The notes below the pieces were generated by a model. It ran no database searches and had not been told where the DNA came from. It worked only from the letters and a program-made list of their open reading frames with translations. A DNA stretch of 62,829 nt, the filler included, from Octopus bimaculoides (Eukaryota): the NCBI RefSeq assembly GCF_001194135.2. It is 5 parts of 5 records of this genome, joined end to end, with 100 filler letters (N's around TTAATTAATTAA, not from the genome) between each part and the next. Parts side by side here need not be neighbours in the genome. Positions count along the whole stretch, not along the records: positions 17,311 to 26,960 come from NC_068987.1; positions 27,061 to 55,604 come from NC_068996.1; 3 more parts are not named here. One strand, given 5' to 3'. Made by a program: the position numbers and the translations under genes. Of this stretch, positions 24,384 to 36,576 are shown in pieces. The stretch's first letter is position 1, and each line of letters begins with the position of its first letter.

Positions 24384-24528
24384 CAGTACTTTGCAACATT
24401 TTTTTCACTTGTGATACACTTATATTCTTTTCAAAATTCAGTGGCACACCTGAATTAAAAATATAACTAAAAGTATAGGGAAAAATTATATTCAAGTTAC
24501 ACTGCAGCATACCAGTTGTGGAACACTG
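24384..24528. mobile_element. hAT-Charlie-type MITE in a PLK1 intron
   Basis: Perfect 8-bp TSD CTCTAGAG (24376-24383 and 24529-24536), with ends CAGTACTTTGCAAC / GTTGTGGAACACTG. Confidence 0.8.
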
Positions 24529-25364
24529 CTCTAGAGCCGGATATGATTTTAATAAATGTAGAATTTATTTTGTTTGGAATTTGATATACCTGTGTGTGTC
24601 TATTGTTCAAATACATTCCACGATCTTACAGTCATGGTTTCAATTCCTAGACTAGGTGGGGCATTGTGTTTTTGAGCAAAACACTTCATTTTCACATTGC
24701 TTTAGATCACTCAACTGTAAATGAGTTCCAGTTATTACAGCTGGAAAGTTAACTCTGCAACAGACCTATTTCTGGTTCAGTGGGGGCGAGGGGTGATAAT
24801 TTCAGTCTCTTATATACCATAGAAACTGTGTTAACCCTTTTCATACCAGTCTGCCCAAGACTGCTTTTCACTGTATGATAATTTTGCTGTTTTGAAGTGA
24901 TCTAAATGAAAATATTTCATCAAAATTTCCTGTTAATTTATCCTCCAAACACAGCTTAATAATGACAGTTATTTTAATAGATTCTTCCTTATTTTAAAAA
25001 TTAACTGAAACAAAGGCAGTGCCACGTTAAAAGCATCCAACACACACTGTCAAGTGGTTGGCATTAGGAAGGGCATCCAGCTGTAGAAACTACCCAAACC
25101 AGACTGAAGCCTGGTGCAGCTCCCCAGCTTGCTTGCTTTGGTCAAACTGTCAAATCCATGCCAACATAGAAAACAGACATTTAGGATGATGGATATTGAA
25201 TTTTAACAAAAATATGGCAATGAAAGGGTTAAGCTTGGCCTTATGAATCCAAGGTTAAGTAAGTTCTTTGTTGTCAGCCACCTTCCAAATGAGTATCCTT
25301 ATTTCTTTCCTCTATTTATTGAATGACTGTCATTTCACTGTTCTTTTATTTCTCAATTTACCAG

Positions 25365-25582
25365 TCATTGATGGAGATGCACAAACGGCGAAGGGCAATT
25401 ACTGAACCAGAGACACAGTTTTTTGTCAAACAGATCGTTGAAGCATGTCAGTACCTTCATGCAAACAAAGTTATCCACCGAGACTTGAAGCTTGGCAACC
25501 TCTTTTTAAGTGATGACCTTGATGTCAAAATTGGAGACTTTGGTCTTGCAACAGTCCTTGACTTTGAGGGCCAACGTAAAAA
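25365..25582 (+). CDS. PLK1: Polo-like kinase 1, kinase-domain exon (catalytic loop and DFG)
   Basis: CCAG acceptor, [72 protein letters not shown](K), GTAAGA donor in phase 2. [11 protein letters not shown] and DFGLA are intact. Confidence 0.96.
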
Positions 25583-26960
25583 GTAAGATTAATTAGCTTT
25601 CTTCATAATTCTTCATACTTCATGTCATTGTATGTGTACAAGAGTGCTCAAACATTTGTAATAGCCTTTTTGTGAAAGAAACTCAGATGTTTCATAATGG
25701 AATATTTTGGGGGTTTGTTTACATGAATTTAATGTCTGAAGTCTTAAGTTGCTTCATTTTCCTGTCAATTTCTTGTTCTCTGTTCTAGCAATTATGTAAG
25801 TGTATATATATATATATATCTTTTATAGGTTTCAGTCATTAGCCTTGCTGGCCCACCACCTTGAACTTTTTTAGTCGAGTAAATTGACCCAGTTCATTTT
25901 TTTTAAGGCTGGTACTTATTCTNNNNNNNNNNNNNNNNNNNNNNNNNNNNNNNNNNNNNNNNNNNNNNNNNNNNNNNNNNNNNNNNNNNNNNNNNNNNNN
26001 NNNNNNNNNNNNNNNNNNNNNNNNNNNNNNNNNNNNNNNNNNNNNNNNNNNNNNNNNNNNNNNNNNNNNNNNNNNNNNNNNNNNNNNNNNNNNNNNNNNN
26101 NNNNNNNNNNNNNNNNNNNNNNNNNNNNNNNNNNNNNNNNNNNNNNNNNNNNNNNNNNNNNNNNNNNNNNNNNNNNNNNNNNNNNNNNNNNNNNNNNNNN
26201 NNNNNNNNNNNNNNNNNNNNNNNNNNNGATACTTTATTGCAGCAACAATTATAATAGAAACAACCACAATAAGCCAAACCTATGCACATTTCAATAGGGT
26301 ATCCCGGATAAATAAACCACATCATAAGATGTCTAGTAAAATATTGTAACATATTACAACATATTACAAATTGCTGGATACTCCATCTCTTCAGGGTCAC
26401 ATTATTGCCATCACCAATACTACTATTATTAGCAAAACACACACATCATCCAAGAGGGTGAAAGAATAATCGACGGTACGCAACCTACCATCGTTATTTT
26501 CTTTCAGAATGTAAACAAACAAATCCATTCAAATCCAGTGATGTACACTGCCCGGTTTACAGCGTAAAAATCCCTTGCCAAAAATTTATCCCCCATATAC
26601 ATCAAGATTTCCTAATGGATCTTTCTATAACCATAATATATTAATTAATTATACCCGCCCGTGCACACGCACACACACACACCCCCACTCACACACATAC
26701 ACATATATACCTATACTTACATACACACACCCATATATATCTATATGTATTTTTTTAATATATAACTATATACACACAAACACATATATACATACACATA
26801 TGCATGCATATACATATACACCCACACATACATTTACATATATACGTATACATACTCACATACACACATACAAACTTATATATGTATACATGTTTACATG
26901 TACACACACATACATACATATATATACACACATATATATGCATATACGTACACATACATA

Positions 26961-27060
26961 NNNNNNNNNNNNNNNNNNNNNNNNNNNNNNNNNNNNNNNN
27001 NNNNTTAATTAATTAANNNNNNNNNNNNNNNNNNNNNNNNNNNNNNNNNNNNNNNNNNNN
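26961..27060. other. Synthetic assembly linker (44 N + TTAATTAATTAA + 44 N)
   Basis: Same 100-bp construct. Confidence 0.95.
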
Positions 27061-27410
27061 ACTCTCATCTTCATTTTCAAGTGGAACTTGAAAAAGTTGA
27101 TGAGGCCTTGGCCAAAGAGGAAAGTGTCTGACTTTAGCCCTTTCAAACGGGTCCACCATACCACCTCTTTCGCTACAGCCACTAGGCATAGGAAAATTGC
27201 CTTGCCCTCCCGGTTAAAGGAGGTCGGCGGGTCAATTCTCACGATGGATTCAGCTGATAGCCGGATCCGTCCTACACGTGACAGTAGCTGTTCGACATAA
27301 ACCCACAGGTCAGCAATACTCGGGCACTGAACTAGTGCGTGCAGAACGGTTTCGTCGCCCTGAGCGCACCTCGGGCAGGCCCGGTTGACGGCACTTCCAT
27401 GTCGGTAGAG
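27061..27410 (-). mobile_element. Tx1/L1-clade LINE, ORF2 C-terminal (zf-RVT-like) fragment
   Basis: ACPRCAQGDETVLHALVQCPSIADLW...LCLVAVAKEVVWWTRLKG...LINFFKFHLK is homologous to 54634-54981. Confidence 0.85.
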
Positions 27411-27411
27411 T

Positions 27412-27442
<31 letters not shown>

Positions 27443-27764
27443 CATGAAGAGGTTGAGGATGAAATGATGATAATGATAACGACGACCACGACGGCATCAA
27501 CGACGAGGCCATTAGCAGTAATTGTAATGAAATAATAGACTTCAATTTAGAAAAGTTCAGCAATTTTGAATGGAGCCGGTTAGTTGATACCCTCGACTTT
27601 GGTACTTCGTAGGTACTTTATCGGCCTTGGATACATGAAAATTGATTTTCAGTGTAATTCGAACTCACAGCGCAAGGAGTTGCAACTAAATAAGGCAAGG
27701 CATTTCATATGACGCTCTATCGATTACGTCAATCCAACGACCTAACAACTGCAGTACCTACAAT

Positions 27765-27765
27765 G

Positions 27766-27810
<45 letters not shown>

Positions 27811-27910
27811 GTAACGATAATAACGACAAGAAGAAGAAGAAGAAGAAGAAGAAGAAGAAGAAGAAGAAGAAGAAGAAGAAGAAGAAGAAGAAGAAGAAGA
27901 AGAAGAAAAC
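27765..27910. repeat. Compound microsatellite (AAT)n-(AAG)n
   Basis: Directly visible; the same arrangement occurs at 11180-11258. Confidence 0.95.
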
Positions 27911-29837
27911 AACAAGAGTAATGCGCATAATCAAAAATATAATCAATACTATTTCTATTTTTAATTGTTAATAATGATAATGAAGATAATTTTGATTTTT
28001 TAAAATTCAAATTTAAATTTCAAATATGTTATAAAGTTCATTCTTTCTCTTTTTCTCTCCTCTTTTCTTTCTATTTTCCTTTATTCTTTCCCATGAAGTT
28101 CGATGCATTTTGGATGCATTTTTAATACTAAGATTTGTGAGATAGGTTATTGGCATTGTTTTAAATCAGTGAATTTTGATCGCTTAGCATAGAGAAAGAG
28201 AAAATATTGATGGAATATAATTCAAATTACTTTTTACCTTTTTAATCTTTTTATCTTGCTCTTGTTATTTTTTTTTTTTAATCACGAAAGAAAGAAATTG
28301 ATGAAAATTTTACTACTGTCTTTTGTTTAGGAAAGGAGAACGTCTTAAAGTTCTTGAATGCTTGCAGTTCTGAAAATTCTTCTTTTGTTATCGACTAACT
28401 TTATGCTAATAACTTAAAGAAATTAACATTTCATCATTTCGAATCTAAGATTTCTGATGAAGATCATAAATGCCATCTAGATCCTCTTTTCGAAACACTC
28501 GAAATCTTTTTGTTGCCAAATTCAATAGGCGTTAATTTGAGCGTTACTCGACAGATGTCATGATAAAGTGACGTAGTGACGCCATTCTTTAAGTAGATGC
28601 TTTGATCAGTTTGATTGAGAGTTCCGGAAGTGACGTGAAAAGGACGTCCACACACAGCCAAACTTGACAAGTTGACGCATTCTTGGGTTGTTATCTGACT
28701 CGGAATACAATACCATTCACACATTTAATGAGCGAGTTTACGTCGCTTCAGTGCTTCGTTGGTTTGATATCGCAATCTTTGCAATAGAGGTGCTTCTAGG
28801 CTTTAATATTTCTGTCATTCATTGTTTCGTCTTCATGCTTTCAATTTCCTTTCTTGCTAATTGTTTCTCAATTATCACGACCTATCTATGTGTATGTTTA
28901 ATAATTTTAAAAAGGCTCAGACGAATGATTGATTGGCAGCAGAGATTTTAGAGTGCTTTTACTAAATGAGCTACACTTATATAGTTTCGACGCTCTACTT
29001 TGCGCGTTCAAATCTCATCGAAGACAAACATATCCTCTCTTCGAGGAAAAAGTAGTTGGAGTGACAGTTCATGAAACGAGGGACTGTAATACTTTGGTGC
29101 TTGAATTATATAAATATAAATATTTCTCAAAAGAAATCGTACTTTTCTTTTATTCACTGGACATCGGTCAAGCTGTAGCAACTACTACAAGGCTGTAACC
29201 GAGCAAATCAATCTCTATATTAAATTTATAAATTCTGATAATTATCCATGACTTTTTTTGTTGAAACCCTAGTTTACGGTGATGTAAACAAACTTGCAGC
29301 GAGAAGAGGGCAAACATAAAATCTCACTATGCATCCATACATACATGTATGTGTATGCGTGAATGCGTGCATACGTGTGTGTGTGTGTGTGTGTGTGTGT
29401 GTATTCTAATATTCTCAATGTCTGAGTCGATGATGATGGACTGGATATTATAATGTAAGCTTTTACGACTGCATTAAATAAAATTCTACCGAAACAGAAA
29501 CGCCATTTGTGTTTACGTAAGTATATGTAATATATATAAATGTATGGAGGTAGGTAGGTTGGTAGGTAGGTTGGTAGGTATGTGTGTATGTATTTATGTA
29601 TATGTATAATGTACATATGCATTATCTATCTATTTATCTATCTATCTTTCTAGCTATCTATTTATCTCTCAACCAACATATACATATATGCAAAATCAAG
29701 GAATGGAGTGGATAAAAGTCAGACTACATATGTTTCATAGCTAGCAAAATCTTGGAAATAATAATTACTCAAGCGAGTAATTGTCAGGCCTAAGACACTT
29801 TAATCAAATGATTTGCTGATTCATAATGAATAAACAA

Positions 29838-29895
<58 letters not shown>

Positions 29896-31167
29896 TTGTT
29901 AATTCACTGAGAAGTGATAGATTTTAGAACTGTAAACAGAAATGTAGAACATTTTTTTTTTATACATAAATGAAAGTTTCCTAGTTACAGTACTCCCGAG
30001 GTACTCTTTTTCAATGACTCACTTGGTAATTCGAACCTGTTTTTATTGAAATCTTATGTTCGGAAACTTTTTGAAATTTTATATATACAAGCTATGAAAC
30101 AAACGCTCATCTTATGTTTTTCATAATTCGTACGACAGCACCAGTAGAAATGGCTCTTTCAAGATCACACGCGCATAAATACATACATACATATGTACGT
30201 ACACATGTATGCATGCATGTATGTATGTATGTATGTATGTATGTATATATGTGTATGCATATGCATGTATGTAAGTATATATGTGTGTATGTGCGTATGT
30301 ATGTATGTATGTATGTATATATATATATANNNNNNNNNNNNNNNNNNNNNNNNNNNNNNNNNNNNNNNNNNNNNNNNNNNNNNNNNNNNNNNNNNNNNNN
30401 NNNNNNNNNNNNNNNNNNNNNNNNNNNNNNNNNNNNNNNNNNNNNNNNNNNNNNNNNNNNNNNNNNNNNNNNNNNNNNNNNNNNNNNNNNNNNNNNNNNN
30501 NNNNNNNNNNNNNNNNNNNTATATATATATACACATATATATATTTTGTTTTAGGAGGAAAATGTAAACTGTGATTTTGAAGTTTGTCGGAATATTTTCT
30601 GTGTCAAATAACATATGATAATTAATATGACCCTCCACTTAAATAGATTGTTAATTAGTTCAAGTAATGATTAAATGCTTTTTTAAAACCACACGAAAAA
30701 GAAATACACACACACACACACACACACACGCATATGCATAAATATATAGAGTGTGAGAGAGAGAGAGACAGAGAGACTGACGTCTACGTCTGTGTGCATG
30801 GATACATGTATATATTTGAAAACATACACAAGACATACAGACCTATGTATGTATATGCTGAAAACTAAAATACTAAGGAGAATACAAAACAAAATGACAG
30901 TCCAGAAGAATGGAGAACAGCGATAATACAGTGGCGTTTTATTGATCATATGAGGAAACGTTGTTTCTATTACGATAGATCTACACGAAGATATTGTATA
31001 CATTTACACGTGCTGCATCTCACGCAATATGCACATATATCAACATTTACACACACACACACACAGACACACACACGCAGCCAAGCGCAAATACACACAC
31101 CGGACAAATATACACGCATATAAAATGCAGTGATATCACCTCTTTCACCTCTCTTTCTCTCTTTCCT

Positions 31168-31220
<53 letters not shown>

Positions 31221-31379
31221 CATATACATATTTAAACACATAAACACATATATATACATATATATATTCAGAGATGGTGAGAGAGAAAGAGAAAGACAGA
31301 TACAAAGCGTGATAAACAGGCAAATACGCTGGCCAATGGATAGATAAATAGACAGATGGATATATAGTCGATTGATTAA

Positions 31380-31565
31380 TTGATTAATTGATTGATCGAT
31401 TGATTAACTGAGTGAGTGAGTGAGTGAGTGAGTGAGTGATAGATAACATAGATGAATGGTGAGATATCCATACATACATACATACATACATACATACAGG
31501 CAGATAGCCAGAGGCAGATAGATGGATTATTAGAGATAGACAGATAAACAGACGGACAGATAGAC

Positions 31566-31624
<59 letters not shown>

Positions 31625-31641
31625 NNNNNNNNNNTTGTCTC

Positions 31642-31693
<52 letters not shown>

Positions 31694-31780
31694 CAGACGG
31701 GCAGGCAGGCAGGCAGGCAGATAGGTTGACAGACAGATAGACAGACAGATATCTATAGATAGATAGATAGATAGATATTA
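31380..31780. repeat. Stack of tetranucleotide microsatellites (ATTG, GAGT, CATA, GATA, GCAG, GACA)
   Basis: Directly visible. Confidence 0.9.
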
Positions 31781-32837
31781 AGTGGAGCAATGAGAGGTGT
31801 GGTGTAAAGGAGTCGAGGTAGGAAAGCGAACCATTGCTAGAATGTGCGGTATTACGGGGAAGTATGATTTAATGCGGACCAAGTTGTAAGCAACATGATG
31901 CATCAGATTTGGCGGAAAAGGCTTAGAGTTTTTCTTGTAATCAGTGATAGGCTGTGACAGACCATTAATCTGCTCTGTTCGTTGACCGACACAACTGATT
32001 TCTTAGATTTTAAACAAACAAGCAGCCATCTATAGTCGATTGGCTTTGCTAGCAGCGTCCAATCTGATTGTCTCGCAACTAAATTTGTAGCAAATTCAAT
32101 TTACCTACTACACCCCTGCTCACTCTCTTCCTCACACATTCCTCATACTTTGTCTCTTNNNNNNNNNNNNNNNNNNNNNNNNNNNNNNNNNNNNNNNNNN
32201 NNNNNNNNNNNNNNNNNNNNNNNNNNNNNNNNNNNNNNNNNNNNNNNNNNNNNNNNNNNNNNNNNNNNNNNNNNNNNNNNNNNNNNNNNNNNNNNNNNNN
32301 NNNNNNNNNNNNNNNNNNNNNNNNNNNNNNNNNNNNNNNNNNNNNNNNNNNNNNNNNNNNNNNNNNNNNNNNNNNNNNNNNNNNNNNNNNNNNNNNNNNN
32401 NNNNNNNNNNNNNNNNNNNNNNNNNNNNNNNNNNNNNNNNNNNNNNNNNNNNNNNNNNNNNNNNNNNNNNNNNNNNNNNNNNNNNNNNNNNNNNNNNNNN
32501 NNNNNNNNNNNNNNNNNNNNNNNNNNNNNNNNNNNNNNNNNNNNNNNNNNNNNNNNNNNNNNNNNNNNNNNNNNNNNNNNNNNNNNNNNNNNNNNNNNNN
32601 NNNNNNNNNNNNNNNNNNNNNNNNNNNNNNNNNNNNNNNNNNNNNNNNNNNNNNNNNNNNNNNNNNNNNNNNNNNNNNNNNNNNNNNNNNNNNNNNNNNN
32701 NNNNNNNNNNNNNNNNNNNNNNNNNNNNNNNNNNNNNNNNNNNNNNNNNNNNNNNTCTTTTCAAACGACGTATTTATTATTGTCTGAATTGCAAAGAGAA
32801 TGGCAGCGATGATATTGATAACATAATCGTGATCACA

Positions 32838-32892
32838 ATAAATAACAATGTTAGAAATAATAATAATAATAATAATAACAATAATGATGATG

Positions 32893-32958
<66 letters not shown>

Positions 32959-32978
32959 GCAACAACAACAACAACAAC

Positions 32979-33010
<32 letters not shown>

Positions 33011-33041
33011 AGATAATAATAATAATAACAGCAACAACAAC

Positions 33042-33072
<31 letters not shown>

Positions 33073-33210
33073 CTAATAATAATACTAGTACTACTAATAA
33101 TAATAATAATAATAATAATAATGAAGATAATAATAATAATAACAACAGCATCATCATCATCAACAGCAACAATAGTGGCAGCAGCAGCAATAACAGTATA
33201 AATAATAATG
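32838..33210. repeat. Long compound (AAT/AAC/GAT)n tract
   Basis: Directly visible; it is the source of the poly-N/I/L ORFs. Confidence 0.95.
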
Positions 33211-34344
33211 ACAAGAAAAGTGTTTTACAAAAGCAGATTTATTCCCTGCTACGAAAATAGTCATGGGCGCATTCGTGTACTGAGTAAACATGTAAAACTG
33301 GAGGACTCAACTGAGTTTCCTATGTGGTTAAGCGTGAGAAGATAATGGACGTTGTAAGTTTGCGCGCTGTCAGAGAAAAAAACCCTAAAAAAAAAAAGCG
33401 AAAAACATATACTGTCCTCCACCCGCCCTCACTTTACTAACCTCTCTTTCTATCTATCTATCTATCTACCTGTCTATCTATCTACCTGTCTATCTTCTCT
33501 ATCTATCTATCTATCTCTTTTTTACTCCCCTCTCTTTCTTTTTCGTTCTTTCTCTCTCTCTCAAACATACACAACTGTCTACTTGATGCTGGATTTAAAA
33601 CTAAGTTGGCGAGTCAATGTTGAAAAATCACCCTAGAAATTGTCGCAAAAATTGAAAAGATATATCTTTTAATAACCGTGAGGTGGCCCTTTCTATAGTA
33701 AGACCCTAAACTTATTAAACTTAAACTAAACAAATGCAAGCTTGTTTACTTAATACCTAATTGCAGTACTGCATTTGGTATTGTACAGTTTCATAATTTC
33801 TTATTTCTTATGTTTAATCACTGCGTCACGTTTTAATCAATCTACTAATTCTGCCAACAACAAAGCGGTTATTATTTCTCTTTTTTTTAAAAAAAAGACT
33901 CCACTTAAGTTTGCTTTCAATAAATCAATCAACAGACGTGGGAGGAGAGCCCTTGGACATTGAAGGACTTCTTGAACTGGTGAGAATGATAAACGTACGC
34001 TTAAGTTTGATGACCGCAGGAAAAAAAATGTAAACGAAGAGAATCGGGTATCTGATCCGAATGATTAGAACCGTGTGAATTCAGCTAAAGGCACCAAAAC
34101 AAGATAAGTTGAGTACCTTCAATCGGACAGTGTTTTAGGACTACCAAATAAATTATATATGAAGCCATAGTTGGCAGAGAAAAGAGCTGGCCTGCAAGCA
34201 AGAAATATTGTTGATGAATACGGCTTGTCCAGCATAATCCTTTGCCGCCAGTAATCCCTCGTCACCTAATTACAAATAGGTATAGCGGTAACAGAGCGTT
34301 ATTGCTCACTCCAGTGACCTAGATATCAGATTTACTTAATGATG

Positions 34345-34457
<113 letters not shown>

Positions 34458-34645
34458 TCTTTCTATTATAGGCACAAGGCCTGAAGTTTTAGGGGAGGGG
34501 CTAGTCGATTACACCGACTCCAGTGGTCAACTGGAACTTATTTAATCGACCCTGAAAGGATGAAAGAGAAAGTCGACCTCGGCGAAATTTGAATTGAGAA
34601 CGTAAAGACGAACGAAATGTCGCTGAGCTTTTCGTTCGGCGTGCT
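34458..34645 (-). mobile_element. SINE family A
   Basis: Reverse complement of tail and core, with the tail running into (ATT)n on the element strand. Confidence 0.8.
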
Positions 34646-34679
34646 ACCTTCCTACTACTACTACTACTACTACTACTCA

Positions 34680-36304
34680 TTGCAGCGATCCAACCTCTGA
34701 AGACGGGGCTGAAGCCAGTTGTCTTAAAGACAATCCCCAGGTATCGATGGTCGACCCGATCGTATGCTTTCGATTGACCTAAATTGATCAGCGCCCCATC
34801 GAAACCAGGTTTACACCCTACCCTTTCTATGATGTATCGCATGAGGTGGAGGTTGTCGTGTATGGACCTGGTCGGGATTGCGCAGGTTTGCGCCCACCCC
34901 AACCAAATCCTCGACGAGAAGCACCAACCTCTTCACTAACACCTTGGCCAAAATTTTAACCTTTGTGTTGAGCAGAATTATGGGCCTGAAGTAATCTAAT
35001 GTGTCCCTCTTGTTTTCGTCTTTCCTTATCAGCGTCACTACACCCCCGCTGACAGAACCGGGTGACTTGCGCCTCATGCATTCTGAATTTCGGCTGAAGC
35101 TATCTATCTGCCTTTCACAGCGCTCAGCATCGGCCTTCAAAAGGCGCGACAAGCCGTTGAGATAGGGACTCACGAACAACTGAGTAAAGTGCAGGGGAAA
35201 AGCCTCACACAACTGCCTGGAATCGTTCAGCTCATGTCCGTCTCCGTTCGCCAAAGACCAAATTGTGGTTTTCCTACCACGCTGCGCCTCCGCCACGCTG
35301 GCCTATCGAACGTCTTTGGTCCCCTCGTTTCTCAGATCACGCACCTTAGCTCTGACAATGCAACCTTCATCTTTCGCATTGGAGAAATGGTTTAATGCCG
35401 TTCTCACTACTAGCACATTGGTTGTAATGCCACTATAAATAACCTCCTCTAACTTAGCTACTAGCCTCTCCTTTTTTTTCTAATGCTACTTCTTTGGTAA
35501 ATCCTATCGATGTTACGTTAATCTCACTTTTGAGAGCGACTCACCACTTGTTGTTGATGACTCCCCACATGTCAACTTTTGCTTTACTAAATTGTTGACC
35601 CGGTCTCTGTAAGCCTTACGTGCCGGAAACGACATGTTCAGCTTCGACCTCTTCGACCTTTTATCAGTTGAGGGCAGAAGGCTCGCAAATGGGTTGTTTC
35701 TCCTCAAAGGAAACAATGCGGCTGTCTTCCCTCAGTCATTATGTGTATTACCGTCCCGTTTTGGACACAGATGTGGTCCGGGAATGTTTCTATGTTTTCT
35801 GGCCTGATCTGGTAAAGTATCTCCAGGGTAACCCCTGACCAGTCCTCTCTCTCTCTCTCGGGACGGTATCTAACCCTTGCTCGATTACGCATCCCAGTAG
35901 CCACCACATATCTTGGGAATGCGGACACGTGCTTTTCTTTTTCCCATGTGAGAGGAGTACATAATGACCTTGCTGGTTTTGCAAGGGGTCATTAAGTGCT
36001 TTATAGCGAGGGCTTCTGATTTAAAATGCACCGAAATGAGGCCGTATTGTCTGCCCCTCGCTATGTAGTCGATGTCGTCCCTGATACATCTCAGCACAGC
36101 TTCTTTATCTGCTTGTGTTATTAAAGCCGCATTCTTCGTTTCTGCTGAGATGCATCTGAAAAGCACCGTACTTTTCTCCACTGTTTCAATGGTCTCTGAT
36201 GGGATAGTTAGGTTGGCCCAGGTTTGCTCGTGTTTGATGAGTTTCCGGGCTTCGACCAACATTTTATTTTTGTTTTTGAGGTCTAGGTTAAATCGTGGTC
36301 TCAT
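34680..36304 (-). mobile_element. Degenerate Tx1/L1-clade LINE: ORF1 plus RT remnants, internally deleted
   Basis: ORF1 lies at 35885-36304. RT motifs include YFRPIILLNTKVKILAKVLVKRL, AIPTRSIHDNLHLMRYII and LINLGQSKAYDRVDHRYL...GFSPVFRGWIAAM. Confidence 0.85.
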
Positions 36305-36576
36305 TTTGGCTGCTGCCGCCTCGAAAGTGTTCTTGTTGTTGTTGGTAATATTGATATCGTTGTTGCTGTTGTTGTTGCTGTTGTTGTTGCTGTGACTGCC
36401 ACTGCTGCTACTTCTGCTGTTGCTGTCATTGTTTTGGTCAATATTGTTGGTGTTGCTGACACCTTTGCTATCGTTGTTCTATTTAGAGCCATCGCTGCTA
36501 CTGCTGCCGATGCTGTCGCTCGTATTATTGATGTAGCTACCACTACCATCTCCACTGCTACCACAGCAGCAATAGT

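Noticed and set aside
32777-33260. Long ORFs encoding poly-L, poly-N and poly-I, and similar HT/YI/CV/MYVC ORFs across the window
   Set aside because: These are translations of microsatellites with no splice or homology support.
33936-33979. Possible micro-exon (CAG|ACGTGGGAGG...GAACTG|GTGAGA)
   Set aside because: There is no polypyrimidine tract and no recognisable protein. It does not encode the next PLK1 sequence (TLCGTPNY).
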